From an uncultured Desulfarculus sp. (lineage in GTDB: Bacteria; Desulfobacterota; Desulfarculia; Desulfarculales; Desulfarculaceae), in assembly GCA_963665125.2 (NCBI GenBank), contig CAXXUK010000002.1:352001-416000 (forward strand): 64,000 nucleotides of DNA. Reading direction: 5' to 3'. Within the stretch, counting starts at the first letter, position 1. Every line of letters begins with the position of its first letter. Positions 1 through 10,431 of this stretch are shown here, one piece after another. The notes beneath the pieces are model-generated. The model worked only from the letters and a program-made list of their open reading frames with translations, did no database searches and was not told the DNA's origin. The translations under genes and the position numbers were made by a program.

Positions 1-207
1 TGGAATGGAATACCCCGGCCTGTTGCCCACCCGCCCGGATGGTTGGCGGGCGGAGGCCTCGGCCCGGCAGCGGATATTGCTTGAGGCGGTTGAGTCGGAG
101 TTCGATATCCTGTGGGTGCGTCTTGGCCAAAACGCGGATGCCGAGGGTTTTGGGCCGGGCGAATTGCTTGGGCTGGAGAATATGATCGGCTTGTTGCTCG
201 CCTTGCC

Positions 208-711
208 CTATTCCTCGATAGCGGCCTGCCATTTGGAGCAAGGCAGGTAGAATTGACCCCTGCCGCATTCGATCAGCTTTGTTTTGGGGCGGCCCAGCAC
301 GCCTGTCGCCGTGCGGCCCGGAACCTTGACGCTTCCCCTTAGGACCGGTCCGCCTTCGAAACGGCCGGAAATCCGGTAGCCCATCTCATCCCAATAATTG
401 ATCTCGCCCTTGGCATCAACGGACAAAGGTTCCGGGGCGTTCCACTTGCCGACAACCGTGGTTTCTTTTATTGAAGGGCCGTTCAGCTTGAATAGTTTTT
501 TGGAAAGGCGGTTGGTGCAGACATCGCGAATTGAAAAGGATTCCACAGTCCTATTCCGGGCATTATAGACGAAGCTGACGAATGTTGAAGTGTCTCCGCA
601 ACTGTGCATGCCTGAGTATTGAATTTTTGAGGTCTGTTGGGCCGATACCGGAATCGCCAGACAAAACAACAGAAAAAGACTCGATAACCAGTTGATTAAG
701 CGGGAACGCAT
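208..711 (-). CDS. hypothetical secreted protein (167 aa)
   Basis: ATG-started ORF with signal-peptide-like N-terminus (MRSRLINWLSSLFLLFCLAIPVSA|QQ) and four Cys in the mature part; no family recognised. Confidence 0.6.
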   Translation of the reverse strand: MRSRLINWLSSLFLLFCLAIPVSAQQTSKIQYSGMHSCGDTSTFVSFVYNARNRTVESFSIRDVCTNRLSKKLFKLNGPSIKETTVVGKWNAPEPLSVDAKGEINYWDEMGYRISGRFEGGPVLRGSVKVPGRTATGVLGRPKTKLIECGRGQFYLPCSKWQAAIEE

Positions 712-988
712 ATTAAGAATCCGATGACGATGAAACGCCGGACAAAAAACTGAACACAGCCGTCAATGTCGCTTTATTGAAAATCCTTATCACACAGGCA
801 TTGTGTTTTGTCCAGAAAGATATTCCCCATTCGTAGCTCTGATTAGTGGGCCGACATTTTATTGTCGTTATCGGGAGCCCGATCAAACAAAAGACGCTTA
901 AAGATTATCGCATCTACAGGCATGGCCGTAATGCTGGAGCTGTGTATTGAAAAGATACTGTGATTACAAGTGGTACTACAATATCATG

Positions 989-1018
989 TTGACAGTGCGC
1001 TTATGGCGGACTTATAGT
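989..1018 (+). promoter_or_regulatory. putative sigma70 promoter of the beta-oxidation operon
   Basis: TTGACA (989-994), 18-nt spacer, TATAGT (1013-1018) upstream of the fadB-like gene. Confidence 0.45.
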
Positions 1019-1143
1019 AACTGCGATCCTGGAGTAACTGTATTAAAACTGCAGAAAACTGGCCCCCCGGAGCCCTTTCGGGCCGGCTTTTTCGCATTCC
1101 AACCCCAAAAACCAGTCTTATGGAAATGGCGGAGGTTACGGCT

Positions 1144-3273
1144 ATGAAGACTGACTTCAAAACCGTTCAGGTGGAGATAGCCGACGGAATCGCTATCTTG
1201 GCCATGAACAACCCGCCGGTGAATCAGCTTTCGGACTACTTTATTCTGGAATTGTCCGAGGCCCTTAAAGAGGCCTTCAAGGACGACCAGGTCAAGGCCA
1301 TCGTGCTGACGGGCACGGGCCAGAATTTTGTAGCCGGCGCTGATATCACCCAATTGCAGAAAATGACGGACCGCGACAAGACAGTCGGTTTGGTCATGCA
1401 AGGCCATGAGTTCTACAATGCCGTGGAACTGGCGCCCAAGCCCATTATCGCGGCCATCAACGGCAACTGCCTGGGCGGCGGTCTGGAACTGGCCATGTGC
1501 TGCCACTACCGCGTGGCCGCCAACGGAGTGAATCTCGGCCTGCCCGAGGTCAAACTGGGCCTGTTGCCCGGCGGCGGCGGCACGCAGCGCCTGGCCCGCA
1601 TCGTCGGCTTCCAGTTGGCCGTGGAAATGATGACCAGCGGCGCGCCGATCAAGGCCGTCAAGGCTCTGCAGCGCGGACTGGTTGACGAGGTATGCGCTCC
1701 GGAAAAACTTATCGCCAAGGCCAAAAAGGCCGCCGGCATGTTCCTGATGGGCATCTACAACCAAAAGTCGCGCACCACGCGCTTCATCCACACGCGCATC
1801 CTCAGCAGCAATGAAAAGAAGCATTTCATCAACTTCGTCAAGGGTATGGTCGGAGCCAAATCCAAGGGCTACCCCGCCCCGATGAAGATCATCGAGTGCG
1901 TGGAAAAGGGCCTGAGCACCGACTTTGAGGCCGACCTGCGGGTGGAGGCCAACGGCTTCGCCGACCTGGTCACCTCCAAGGTGGCCAAATACCTCATCGG
2001 CATCTTCCTTAATACCCGTTCGGCGGGCCGCCTGCCCCGGATCAAGGACGTCAAACCGGCCAAGCCCCAAAAGGTGGCTCAGCTGGGCGGCGGCGTCATG
2101 GGCTGCGGCATCGTGCATCTGCTGTTGGCAAACGGCTTTGACTGCGTGCTGTGGGACATCAACGAAGCGGCCCTGGCCAAGGGCGTCGAGTCGGTGAAGA
2201 AGACCTTTGCCTACATGGTCAAAAAGAAGAAGATGAAGCCTGCCGATCTGGACAAGCTCATCGCCGAAAAGCTGACCACCACCACCAAGCTCGAAGACCT
2301 TGGCGACGTGGACCTGATCATCGAGGCCGTGCTGGAAGACATGAAGATCAAGCAGGACATCTGGCTGACCCTGGAAAAGACCTGCCGCGACGACGTGATC
2401 TTCGGCACCAACACCTCGGCCCTGCCCATCACCGAAATGGCCAGCGTCCTGAAGGACCCCGGCCGGATGATCGGCCTGCACTTCTTCAACCCGGCCGAGC
2501 GCATGCCCCTGTTGGAGATTATCTGCGCCAAGCAGACCTCGGACCAGACCCTGGCCACCAGCGTGAGCTTTGGCCGGCGCATCAAGAAGACTCCGGTCGT
2601 GGTCAACGACGGGCCGGGCTTCTATGTCTCGCGCCAGTTGGGCGGCCTGATGGGCGGAGCGGTGTATCTGAGCGCCGACGGCGTCAGCGGCGAGGCCATC
2701 GAAAAGGCCATGATGAACTTCGGCATGCCCATGGGCCCGGCCACCCTGGCCGACCTGACCGGCATCGACATCAACTACCACGTCAACAAGACCTTCGAGC
2801 GGGAGATGGGCGAGCGCTACGCCGTGCATCCGCTGACCAAGGCCATCTACGAGTTGGGCGACTACGGCCGCAAGACCGGGGCCGGCTATTTTGACTACAG
2901 CTCCGGCAAGCCCGTTCCCAACCCCAAGGTTGTCGAGGTGGTCGCCAAGTATCTCAAGGACAACAATGTAGCGCCCAAGGAAGCGTCCGAGCAGGAGATC
3001 ATCGACCACATGCTGGCTTTGGCCATCAACGAGGCGGCCTTGATGATGGAAGAGGGCATTTGCGACCGCCCGGCGGATATGGATCTGGCCATGATCTACG
3101 GCACGGGCTTCCCACCCTACCGCGGCGGCATCCTGGCCTATGCCGATTCCTGGGGAGTCAAGAACGTCTACGGCAAGCTGGTGGAACTGGAGGCCAAATA
3201 CGGCCCGCGGTTTGCCCCGGCGGCTTTGCTCAAAGACATGGCCGAAAAGGGCGAAACCTTCTATAAGGAGTAA
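1144..3273 (+). CDS. fadB: multifunctional enoyl-CoA hydratase / 3-hydroxyacyl-CoA dehydrogenase (FadB/FadJ-like)
   Basis: Crotonase motifs AGADI, GGGLELA, LPEVKLG; dehydrogenase motifs GGGVMG, EAVLE, TNTS, GLHFFNP; GGAGG RBS before ATG 1144. Confidence 0.92.
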   Translation: MKTDFKTVQVEIADGIAILAMNNPPVNQLSDYFILELSEALKEAFKDDQVKAIVLTGTGQNFVAGADITQLQKMTDRDKTVGLVMQGHEFYNAVELAPKPIIAAINGNCLGGGLELAMCCHYRVAANGVNLGLPEVKLGLLPGGGGTQRLARIVGFQLAVEMMTSGAPIKAVKALQRGLVDEVCAPEKLIAKAKKAAGMFLMGIYNQKSRTTRFIHTRILSSNEKKHFINFVKGMVGAKSKGYPAPMKIIECVEKGLSTDFEADLRVEANGFADLVTSKVAKYLIGIFLNTRSAGRLPRIKDVKPAKPQKVAQLGGGVMGCGIVHLLLANGFDCVLWDINEAALAKGVESVKKTFAYMVKKKKMKPADLDKLIAEKLTTTTKLEDLGDVDLIIEAVLEDMKIKQDIWLTLEKTCRDDVIFGTNTSALPITEMASVLKDPGRMIGLHFFNPAERMPLLEIICAKQTSDQTLATSVSFGRRIKKTPVVVNDGPGFYVSRQLGGLMGGAVYLSADGVSGEAIEKAMMNFGMPMGPATLADLTGIDINYHVNKTFEREMGERYAVHPLTKAIYELGDYGRKTGAGYFDYSSGKPVPNPKVVEVVAKYLKDNNVAPKEASEQEIIDHMLALAINEAALMMEEGICDRPADMDLAMIYGTGFPPYRGGILAYADSWGVKNVYGKLVELEAKYGPRFAPAALLKDMAEKGETFYKE

Positions 3274-3363
3274 AATGCTCCGCCGCCGGTTTGGCTAATC
3301 GACCGGACCGGCGGCCCAAACAAAACCCCGTCCATCGGGGTTGGACAATAAAGAGGAGGTAGT

Positions 3364-4026
3364 GTGGCCCAGCAGAAACGAACCGAAGCGCGCAAGGAGC
3401 AGATCCTCAATGCGGCGGAAAAGGTCTTCGCCGAAAAGGGCTTTCACCAGGCCACCGTATCCGAGGTGGCCAAGGAGGCGGGCCTTTCCGATGCGACGAT
3501 CTACGAATACTTTTCCACCAAGGAAGAGTTGTTGTTTTCCATTCCCTTGGAAACAACCCAGCGCAGTTCGGAGTTGCTCAAGTTTCATTTGGGCTACATT
3601 CGCGGGGCGGCCAACAAGTTGCGCTCCATCATCTACCATTATCTGTGGTTCTACAAAAACCACCCTGAATACTCCTCGGTGGCCTTGATGATTCTCAAGA
3701 CGCACAGAGGCTATTTGGAAACGGAATCATACGGCGTATACCGCCGGGCAACCCAATTGATCCTTGAGGTCGTCGAAGAAGGCATCGCCTCGGGCGAGTT
3801 TCGGGCCGATACCGATCCCCATTTGGTGCGGCACGCCCTGCTGGGGGCCATAGAGCACATGGTCAGCAGGGAGCTGTTGCACAAGGCGGGCCGCGAATTC
3901 ATGGATTATGTCGATCCGTTGACGGACATGATCATTGGCGGCATTCAGCGCCAGGAAAACATCGGCGGTTGGAATCTCCGGATATCCCTGGAACCGCCGT
4001 CAACTGCTGAAAAAGATAAAAAATAG
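3364..4026 (+). CDS. TetR/AcrR family transcriptional regulator
   Basis: N-terminal TetR HTH (ILNAAEKVFAEKGFHQATVSEVAKEAGLSDATIYEYFSTKEELL); GTG start with GAGGAGG RBS. Confidence 0.92.
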   Translation: MAQQKRTEARKEQILNAAEKVFAEKGFHQATVSEVAKEAGLSDATIYEYFSTKEELLFSIPLETTQRSSELLKFHLGYIRGAANKLRSIIYHYLWFYKNHPEYSSVALMILKTHRGYLETESYGVYRRATQLILEVVEEGIASGEFRADTDPHLVRHALLGAIEHMVSRELLHKAGREFMDYVDPLTDMIIGGIQRQENIGGWNLRISLEPPSTAEKDKK

Positions 4027-4102
4027 TCACGCCCCCGGGCAGGCCCGGGCCTAGGCGGACGAATTAGTTGCAAAATAAAACTGTTTTGCAGGAGGTTGCA
4101 AA

Positions 4103-5311
4103 ATGAGAGATGTTGTCATAGTCGGTTATCTGCGCACCGCCCAATCCCGTTCACGCCCCACTGACCCGGCCCGGGACTGGTTCCACAAATTGCGGGCCGA
4201 TGAGCTGCTGAGCAAAGTGCTGCCCAAGCTGGTGGAACAGGTCGGCATCGACCCCAAGGAAATCGACGATTTCCTGGTTGGTTCGGCCATGGGCGTTAGC
4301 GAACAGTGGTCCTATGGCGGCCGCACCCCCATCATTCTGGCCGACCTGCCCAACACCATTGCCGCCAAGTTCGTCGACCAGCAGTGCGGCAGCGCCATGG
4401 CCGGCATCCAGATCGGCTTCATGGAAATCGCCCAGGGATTTGCAGACACCGTCATGATCGGCGGCATGGAGCACATGACACGCATCCCCATGGGCGGCCC
4501 CACCATGGAGCGCGGCGTCATCGCCCCCAACATGGCCCTGTATCTCGATCCCAAATACAGCCACTGGGACATGATGACGGCCTTCAATATGGGCCTGACC
4601 GCTGAAAAGCTCTTCGGCATGAACGAAGACATCAGCGTTGATGACATGAACAACTGGGCCGTGCGCAGCCACCAGCTGGCCGCCAAGGCCCAGGCGGAAG
4701 GCTTCTTTGACGGCGAGATTCTGCCCGTGGACGCCGAACAGGCCGACGGCAGCACCATGAGCGTCAAGGTGGACCAGGCCGTTCGCGGCGAAACCACCCT
4801 GGAAGAGCTTCAGGGCCTGCGCCCGGCTTTCACCAAAAAGGGCGTCATCACCGCCGGCGTCAGCTCTCCGCTCAACGCCGCGGCCACCAGCATGATGCTC
4901 ATGAGCAAGGAAAAGGCCAAGGCTCTGGGCCTCAAGCCCCTGGCCACCATCCGCTCCCTCGGCTTTGCCGGAGTGGACCCGACGATCATGGGCCACGGCC
5001 CGGTCCCGGCCACGGAAAAGGCCCTGGCCCATCTGGATATGAAGGCCGAGGACATCGATTACTGGGAAATCAACGAGGCCTTCGCCATCGTTGTGCTCAA
5101 CTGCGCCAAGAAGCTGGGCATTGACCTGGACAAGATCAACATCAAGGGCGGCGGCCTGGCCATCGGCCATCCGCTGGGCGCCACGGGCAACCGTTTGGTG
5201 GGCACCCTGGCCCGTATTTTGAACGAAAAGGGCGCCCGCTGGGGCTGCGCCAACGCCTGCTGCGGCGGCGGCCAGGGCGTGGCAATGATCATCGAGCGCG
5301 AGGACTATTAG
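4103..5311 (+). CDS. fadA: acetyl-CoA C-acyltransferase (thiolase)
   Basis: QQCGSA, EINEAFA, GHPLGATG, CCGGGQG thiolase motifs; same operon as the fadB-like gene. Confidence 0.92.
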   Translation: MRDVVIVGYLRTAQSRSRPTDPARDWFHKLRADELLSKVLPKLVEQVGIDPKEIDDFLVGSAMGVSEQWSYGGRTPIILADLPNTIAAKFVDQQCGSAMAGIQIGFMEIAQGFADTVMIGGMEHMTRIPMGGPTMERGVIAPNMALYLDPKYSHWDMMTAFNMGLTAEKLFGMNEDISVDDMNNWAVRSHQLAAKAQAEGFFDGEILPVDAEQADGSTMSVKVDQAVRGETTLEELQGLRPAFTKKGVITAGVSSPLNAAATSMMLMSKEKAKALGLKPLATIRSLGFAGVDPTIMGHGPVPATEKALAHLDMKAEDIDYWEINEAFAIVVLNCAKKLGIDLDKINIKGGGLAIGHPLGATGNRLVGTLARILNEKGARWGCANACCGGGQGVAMIIEREDY

Positions 5312-5418
5312 CCAGCGCCGGTGGAAAAGGCTCTTTTGGGTCTTTTGAAGAAAAACTGAAAGGTGCGGGGCGGGGATGTGGGCCCCCGCCCCGAGTTCAC
5401 CTCCCGCGGGGCAGCGGG

Positions 5419-5451
5419 ATGGAGCCGGCGCAAGCCGGCTCCATTTTTTTT
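5419..5451 (+). terminator. intrinsic terminator
   Basis: ATGGAGCCGGC-gcaa-GCCGGCTCCAT hairpin followed by a T-run. Confidence 0.8.
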
Positions 5452-5539
5452 AAATTTATAATATCAACTCGTCAGGTATTCTCAAGTAGGTGCGCCCCAT
5501 GTTAAAAATAATATTGGGGGTGTGAACTTGTGAGGTCCG

Positions 5540-8512
5540 ATGAAAAGATTTCTGGGCGCAATTCTTCCAGCACTGCTTTGCGTGATCCTTTTTGGCGTCA
5601 CCGTCTTTGGTTTTATCCTTCCGACCACCGAACAACACATAATGGACAAAAAGCGGGAAATGACCCGTGAATTGGCCAATACGGTCTGGAACATTTTGGC
5701 CACATATGACCGTCAAGTCAAGGCGGGAACGTTGACTTTGGCCGAGGCCCAGAAAAGGGCCGTCAACCGCATCCAGGCTTTACGCTACGGAAACCACGGC
5801 AAGGACTACTTCTGGATCAACGACATGGATTCCGTGGTGATCATGCACCCCTACCGCAAGGATCTGGTGGGCCGTGATCTTACCGATTTCCGCGACCCTC
5901 TGGGTAAGCGCATGTTCAGCGAATTCGTGCGCGTTGTCCGGGAACGGGGTGCCGGTTTCGTGTCCTATCATTGGCAGTGGATGGACGACCCAACCCGCAT
6001 CGAGCCCAAGATATCGTATGTAAAGGGCTTCAAGCCGTGGGGTTGGGTGGTCGGCACCGGCATATATACCGATGATGTGCGTCAAGAGATGCACACAATG
6101 ACCAAGAACCTGACCATTGTCGGTTTGGGGGTTCTGTTTTTGGTCGCGCTGCTTTCTGGTTATTTGACCATCCGCGAGGTCCGGGCGGAACGCAAATCGC
6201 AAGAAGCCACCGAAAGCCTGCGCGAGATGATGGAGAAGTACCGCGCGGTTTTGGAGTCGTCGCCGGATCCGGTGATTCTTTATGACGACAAAGGTAACGC
6301 CACATATGTAAATCCGGCTTTCACGCGGGCGTTCGGTTGGCAGGCCGATGAGGTTCTGGGAAGGCGTATTGATTTCGTGCCCAAGGAAGAGACCAAACGG
6401 AGCATGGACGCCATCCAGGAAGTGTATACGGGGCCCAGAGGCATGAAGTCCTTTGAAAGCCGCCGTCTGACCAAGCACGGCGCGATACTCAACGTGATGA
6501 TCAGCGCCGCCGTCTACCGCAGCGATGACGGCACTCCCGTGGGCATGGTCGTCAACATCACCGACATCACCAATATCATGCGCGCCGAAGAGGCCCTGCG
6601 CCAGAGCGAGGAAAAGTTCCGCAGTATCAGCGCCAACGCCCTGGACGGCATAATCATGATCGACCCCGTTGGCTGCGTTATTTTCTGGAATCAGGCCGCC
6701 GCCAAGATATTCGGTTACAGCGCCGCCGAGGTGTTGGGCCGGGAACTGCATGAAACCATTTCGCCCGATAGATACATGGACGATTATCGTAAGGCCTTCA
6801 CCAAATTCGCCGACTCGGGGAGAGGGAATGCCGTGGGCCGCATGGTGGAACTGACGGCCATGCATAAAGACGGGACCGAGTTCCCGGTGGAGTTGTCCGT
6901 TTCGGCCCTGCAGATGCACGACCAGTGGTACGCCGTTGGTATCGTGCGGGATATCACCGAACGCAAGCGGGCCGAGGAGGCCTTGCGCAACAGCGAGCAG
7001 CGTTACCGGGCCATTATACAAAGCGTTCCAAACGCGGTGATGATCAGCGACCGCGACTCGGGCCGCATCCTGGAAATTAATGAATTCTTTTGCGAACTGA
7101 CCGGATACGATCAAAGCGAGGCCATCGGCAAGACGATCCTGGAGTTGAACCTATACGCAGAGCCGGCGGATCACAAAAGGCTGGCCAAGATGATAGACGA
7201 ACACGGCGAGATAAATTCGGCCAATGTCGTTTATAAGGACAGATACGGCAACAGGGTGGAGGGCCTGGTGGCGGTCCGCCAGTTTTTATATGCTGGCCGC
7301 CAATGCCTGTTGTCCGTAACTCAGGACATAACTCAACTGCGCAAGGCCGAGGAGGAACAAATGCGCCTCCACGCCCAATTGCAAAGGGCCCAGCGCATGG
7401 AGGCCATCGGCACCCTGGCCGGAGGCGTGGCCCACGACTTCAACAACCTCCTGCAGGCCATCAGCGGCTATACCCAGCTTATTATGGGAATGGATCAATT
7501 GCCCGAAAAGGTGGAAGAGTACGCCGCCGATATCGATCACGCCGCTGGCAGGGCCTCGGATTTGGTCAAGCGCCTGCTTACCTTCAGCCGCAAGGTTGAG
7601 CCGGAGTTCAAGCCGGTTGACCTGAATGCCGAGGTGACGAGCGCGGTTAGGATGCTCGAGCGCACCATTCCCAAGATGATTGAAATAACTACGGACTTGA
7701 GCGCCGATCTGTGGCCGGTGATGGCCGACCCGAACCAAATAGAGCAGGTTCTGATGAATCTGGGCGCCAACTCCCGCGACGCAATGCCCGAAGGCGGCAC
7801 GCTCTCCATGTCATCCGGCAATGTTATTTTTGAACGGGACCGTGTAATCGGCAACGAGGAACTCAAGGCAGGCAATTATGTGCTCATTTGTGTCAAAGAC
7901 ACCGGCCAGGGCATGGACGCCGAGACCCTGAAAAAGATATACGATCCGTTCTTTTCCACAAAGGGCGTGGGCAAGGGCACGGGTTTGGGCATGTCCATCG
8001 TTTACGGCATCGTGGAAGGCCATGGCGGCAAAATAGTTTGCAACAGCCAACTGGGCAAGGGCACTGAATTTCAGATATATCTTCCGGCCGCGGCCGAAGC
8101 GTTGCCCCAATATGAGTCCCATTCCGAAACGCAGGGACAAGCGCCGGGCGGCAGCGAGACGATCCTGATTGTCGATGATGAAATGCCGCTGCTGAAGGTC
8201 AGCAATGACCTCTTGCGGGAAAAAGGCTACAGCGTGATGACCGCATCCAACGGAGAAGAGGCCGTGGAGCTGTATCAACAGCAGGGCGAGGCAATCGACC
8301 TGGTGATAATGGACCTGGGAATGCCCGGTATGGGCGGCCGCCGGGCCCTGGAGGAAATCCTGCGCATAGACCCCGAGGCCAAGGTCATTATTTCCAGCGG
8401 CTACAGCTCGCCTTCGGAGTTTGACGGAAAAATGAATGGGGCCAAGGCCTATATCGACAAGCCCTTCCGCCTGCACAATCTGCTGCGGTTGATGCGCACC
8501 GTACTGGATTGA
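5540..8512 (+). CDS. hybrid sensor histidine kinase (single Cache, 3 PAS, HisKA, HATPase, REC)
   Basis: YFWIND...MHPY Cache motif, PAS repeats, LAGGVAHDFNNLL, DTGQGM/GTGLG, C-terminal receiver ILIVDDE...DLGMPG. Confidence 0.93.
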   Translation: MKRFLGAILPALLCVILFGVTVFGFILPTTEQHIMDKKREMTRELANTVWNILATYDRQVKAGTLTLAEAQKRAVNRIQALRYGNHGKDYFWINDMDSVVIMHPYRKDLVGRDLTDFRDPLGKRMFSEFVRVVRERGAGFVSYHWQWMDDPTRIEPKISYVKGFKPWGWVVGTGIYTDDVRQEMHTMTKNLTIVGLGVLFLVALLSGYLTIREVRAERKSQEATESLREMMEKYRAVLESSPDPVILYDDKGNATYVNPAFTRAFGWQADEVLGRRIDFVPKEETKRSMDAIQEVYTGPRGMKSFESRRLTKHGAILNVMISAAVYRSDDGTPVGMVVNITDITNIMRAEEALRQSEEKFRSISANALDGIIMIDPVGCVIFWNQAAAKIFGYSAAEVLGRELHETISPDRYMDDYRKAFTKFADSGRGNAVGRMVELTAMHKDGTEFPVELSVSALQMHDQWYAVGIVRDITERKRAEEALRNSEQRYRAIIQSVPNAVMISDRDSGRILEINEFFCELTGYDQSEAIGKTILELNLYAEPADHKRLAKMIDEHGEINSANVVYKDRYGNRVEGLVAVRQFLYAGRQCLLSVTQDITQLRKAEEEQMRLHAQLQRAQRMEAIGTLAGGVAHDFNNLLQAISGYTQLIMGMDQLPEKVEEYAADIDHAAGRASDLVKRLLTFSRKVEPEFKPVDLNAEVTSAVRMLERTIPKMIEITTDLSADLWPVMADPNQIEQVLMNLGANSRDAMPEGGTLSMSSGNVIFERDRVIGNEELKAGNYVLICVKDTGQGMDAETLKKIYDPFFSTKGVGKGTGLGMSIVYGIVEGHGGKIVCNSQLGKGTEFQIYLPAAAEALPQYESHSETQGQAPGGSETILIVDDEMPLLKVSNDLLREKGYSVMTASNGEEAVELYQQQGEAIDLVIMDLGMPGMGGRRALEEILRIDPEAKVIISSGYSSPSEFDGKMNGAKAYIDKPFRLHNLLRLMRTVLD

Positions 8513-8519
8513 CGCGACA

Positions 8520-9611
8520 TCAGGCGCCGCTGTAACCCCGCTTGCTGCGGCCCTGGGATATCATTGACATGAATTCCAGGAATTTGCGCAACAGTTCCAT
8601 CGACAGCAGGCGGCCCATATCCTTGATCATTATCTGCACGGCCTCCAGAGGCTTGAGGGCTGGCTTGTAACAGCGCTCCGAGGTGATGGCGTCATATGCG
8701 TCGATGATCCGCACTATTGTGGCCAGAAAAGATATCTCGCCGTCGGTCAGGCCGTCAGGATAGCCGCTGCCGTCAAGGTTTTCGTGGTGCTGGGCCGCTA
8801 TTTCCAGCGATTCCACGGGCAGGACCTGCTGTTCGGCCAGAATGCGGAAACTGTGCTGGGGATGGGTGCGGATCTCGGCCCATTCCATGGGATCAAGGCC
8901 CGAAGGCTTTGAAAGGATGTTGGGGTCGATATACTTCTTGCCGATATCATGGTATAGGGCCCCGGCCGACAGGGCCACCGCGTCGTCGTCTTCAAGTTTG
9001 AGGTACGCACCAAACGCCGTGGAGAGCACGCATACGTTGACCGAGTGGTTGTACAGGTCGTAGTCGACAGTCAGCAATTCCGGCAGTCTGTATATAAGCA
9101 CCGGGTTGTCCCGCACCACCGTGGCGAAGGTCCGGGAATATTCCAAGCCCTTTTGCAGGTTGTCTTGCAGGTTGTCGTCTTCCAAAGCCGAGCGGATAAG
9201 CAGCATTGCGTTATCGTAGACAGCCTCGCATTTTTCCTCCACGCTGGGGCTGGGATTTTGCAGTATCTGCATTGTGCGGCCGGCGACGTATTGTAAAAGC
9301 AGCTTGCGGCGTTGGCGCTCGACATAGAATTCATCCATGCCCAAGCTACGCATTTTTTGTAAATATTCGGAGTTCGGCTCACTGCCTTCCTTGAGCACCT
9401 TGATCAAACGCACGGTTGCGTCTCTTCCGGTGAAAGGCAGGTACAGGTCCACGGGAAGCTTTCTTTCCGGTTCGATAATGCGGCTGGCCACGGGGGTCAT
9501 GTTCTGGATGGCTTTTTCAAATGTGTCTTTGTCTACCGATACAGCCTTTAACGTCTGAGCCGCGGTATTGGAGGCATCAGGTGATGGCTCTGTCTGCCAT
9601 GCCTTTTTCAT
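8520..9611 (-). CDS. HD-GYP domain c-di-GMP phosphodiesterase
   Basis: HSVNV, LYHDIGK, HHENLDGSGYPDG, IIDAYDAITS motifs; start codon uncertain. Confidence 0.88.
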   Translation of the reverse strand: MKKAWQTEPSPDASNTAAQTLKAVSVDKDTFEKAIQNMTPVASRIIEPERKLPVDLYLPFTGRDATVRLIKVLKEGSEPNSEYLQKMRSLGMDEFYVERQRRKLLLQYVAGRTMQILQNPSPSVEEKCEAVYDNAMLLIRSALEDDNLQDNLQKGLEYSRTFATVVRDNPVLIYRLPELLTVDYDLYNHSVNVCVLSTAFGAYLKLEDDDAVALSAGALYHDIGKKYIDPNILSKPSGLDPMEWAEIRTHPQHSFRILAEQQVLPVESLEIAAQHHENLDGSGYPDGLTDGEISFLATIVRIIDAYDAITSERCYKPALKPLEAVQIMIKDMGRLLSMELLRKFLEFMSMISQGRSKRGYSGA

Positions 9612-10053
9612 CGAGCGTGCTCTCAGTCGGCTAAGGCAATCCACTGTCGGGTGTAAATGCCATAGGCGCCAATGTACGGTATGTTCGTAACTTTTTTCTC
9701 TATTAAAATTATACTGTAGCAAACAGGGTATTAAGAAAAGAAATAAGTTTTTTCCTTTCGGATTGACGGGGCTGATATGCGGTAACAAATTGTAATTACA
9801 TGAAATTAATTATGGTAAAGCCATGGGGGACGACCTGACGGGCCCCGCAGGAAGACTGACGCCGTTTTGCCGATTTGAACGTAACACCAATGTCGCGATA
9901 TCGTCTCTTGGTTGATATGGGCCGGGGTTTGCTTTTAGAGGTGCCGGTATTATGCTGATATGCCTGTGAGCTTGACCCAGGTTCTTGACAAGGACCGGGG
10001 CCGGGGATAAAAGGTATGTTTCTATTGTTATGTACAACACATGGACCAAGGAA

Positions 10054-10431
10054 ATGATCAAACTTGATTTCGAGAAAACGGGCGGCCTGATACCGGCCAT
10101 CGCCCAGGACGCGGCCAGCGGCGAAGTTTTAATGCTGGCCTACATCAACGAGGAAGCCTGGAACAAGACCCTGGAAACCGGCGAGGCCCATTATTGGTCC
10201 CGCAGCCGCCAGGAATTGTGGCATAAGGGCGGCACCAGCGGCAACGTCCAGATAATCAAGTCCATCCATGTTGACTGCGATGATGACACGGTAGTCTACA
10301 AGGTCGAGCAGATCGGCGGCGCGGCCTGTCACACCGGCATGCGCACCTGTTTTTACCGCCGGGTACAGGGCGATGAATTGGTAACCGAGGGCGAGCCGGT
10401 GTTCGACCCCGAGGAGGTGTACGGCAAATGA
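10054..10431 (+). CDS. hisI: phosphoribosyl-AMP cyclohydrolase
   Basis: [30 protein letters not shown] motifs. Confidence 0.95.
   Translation: MIKLDFEKTGGLIPAIAQDAASGEVLMLAYINEEAWNKTLETGEAHYWSRSRQELWHKGGTSGNVQIIKSIHVDCDDDTVVYKVEQIGGAACHTGMRTCFYRRVQGDELVTEGEPVFDPEEVYGK

Noticed and set aside
5..250. 81-aa plus-strand ORF, possibly the tail of a gene entering the window
   Set aside because: No recognisable motif and it overlaps the 208-711 gene; cannot be supported
1012..3009. 665-aa minus-strand ORF and similar long antisense ORFs (19852-21486, 38358-40073, 44977-46584)
   Set aside because: Antisense shadows of well-supported GC-rich genes; no motifs
9790..10050. Possible his attenuator or riboswitch upstream of hisI
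   Set aside because: No His-rich leader peptide or recognisable aptamer
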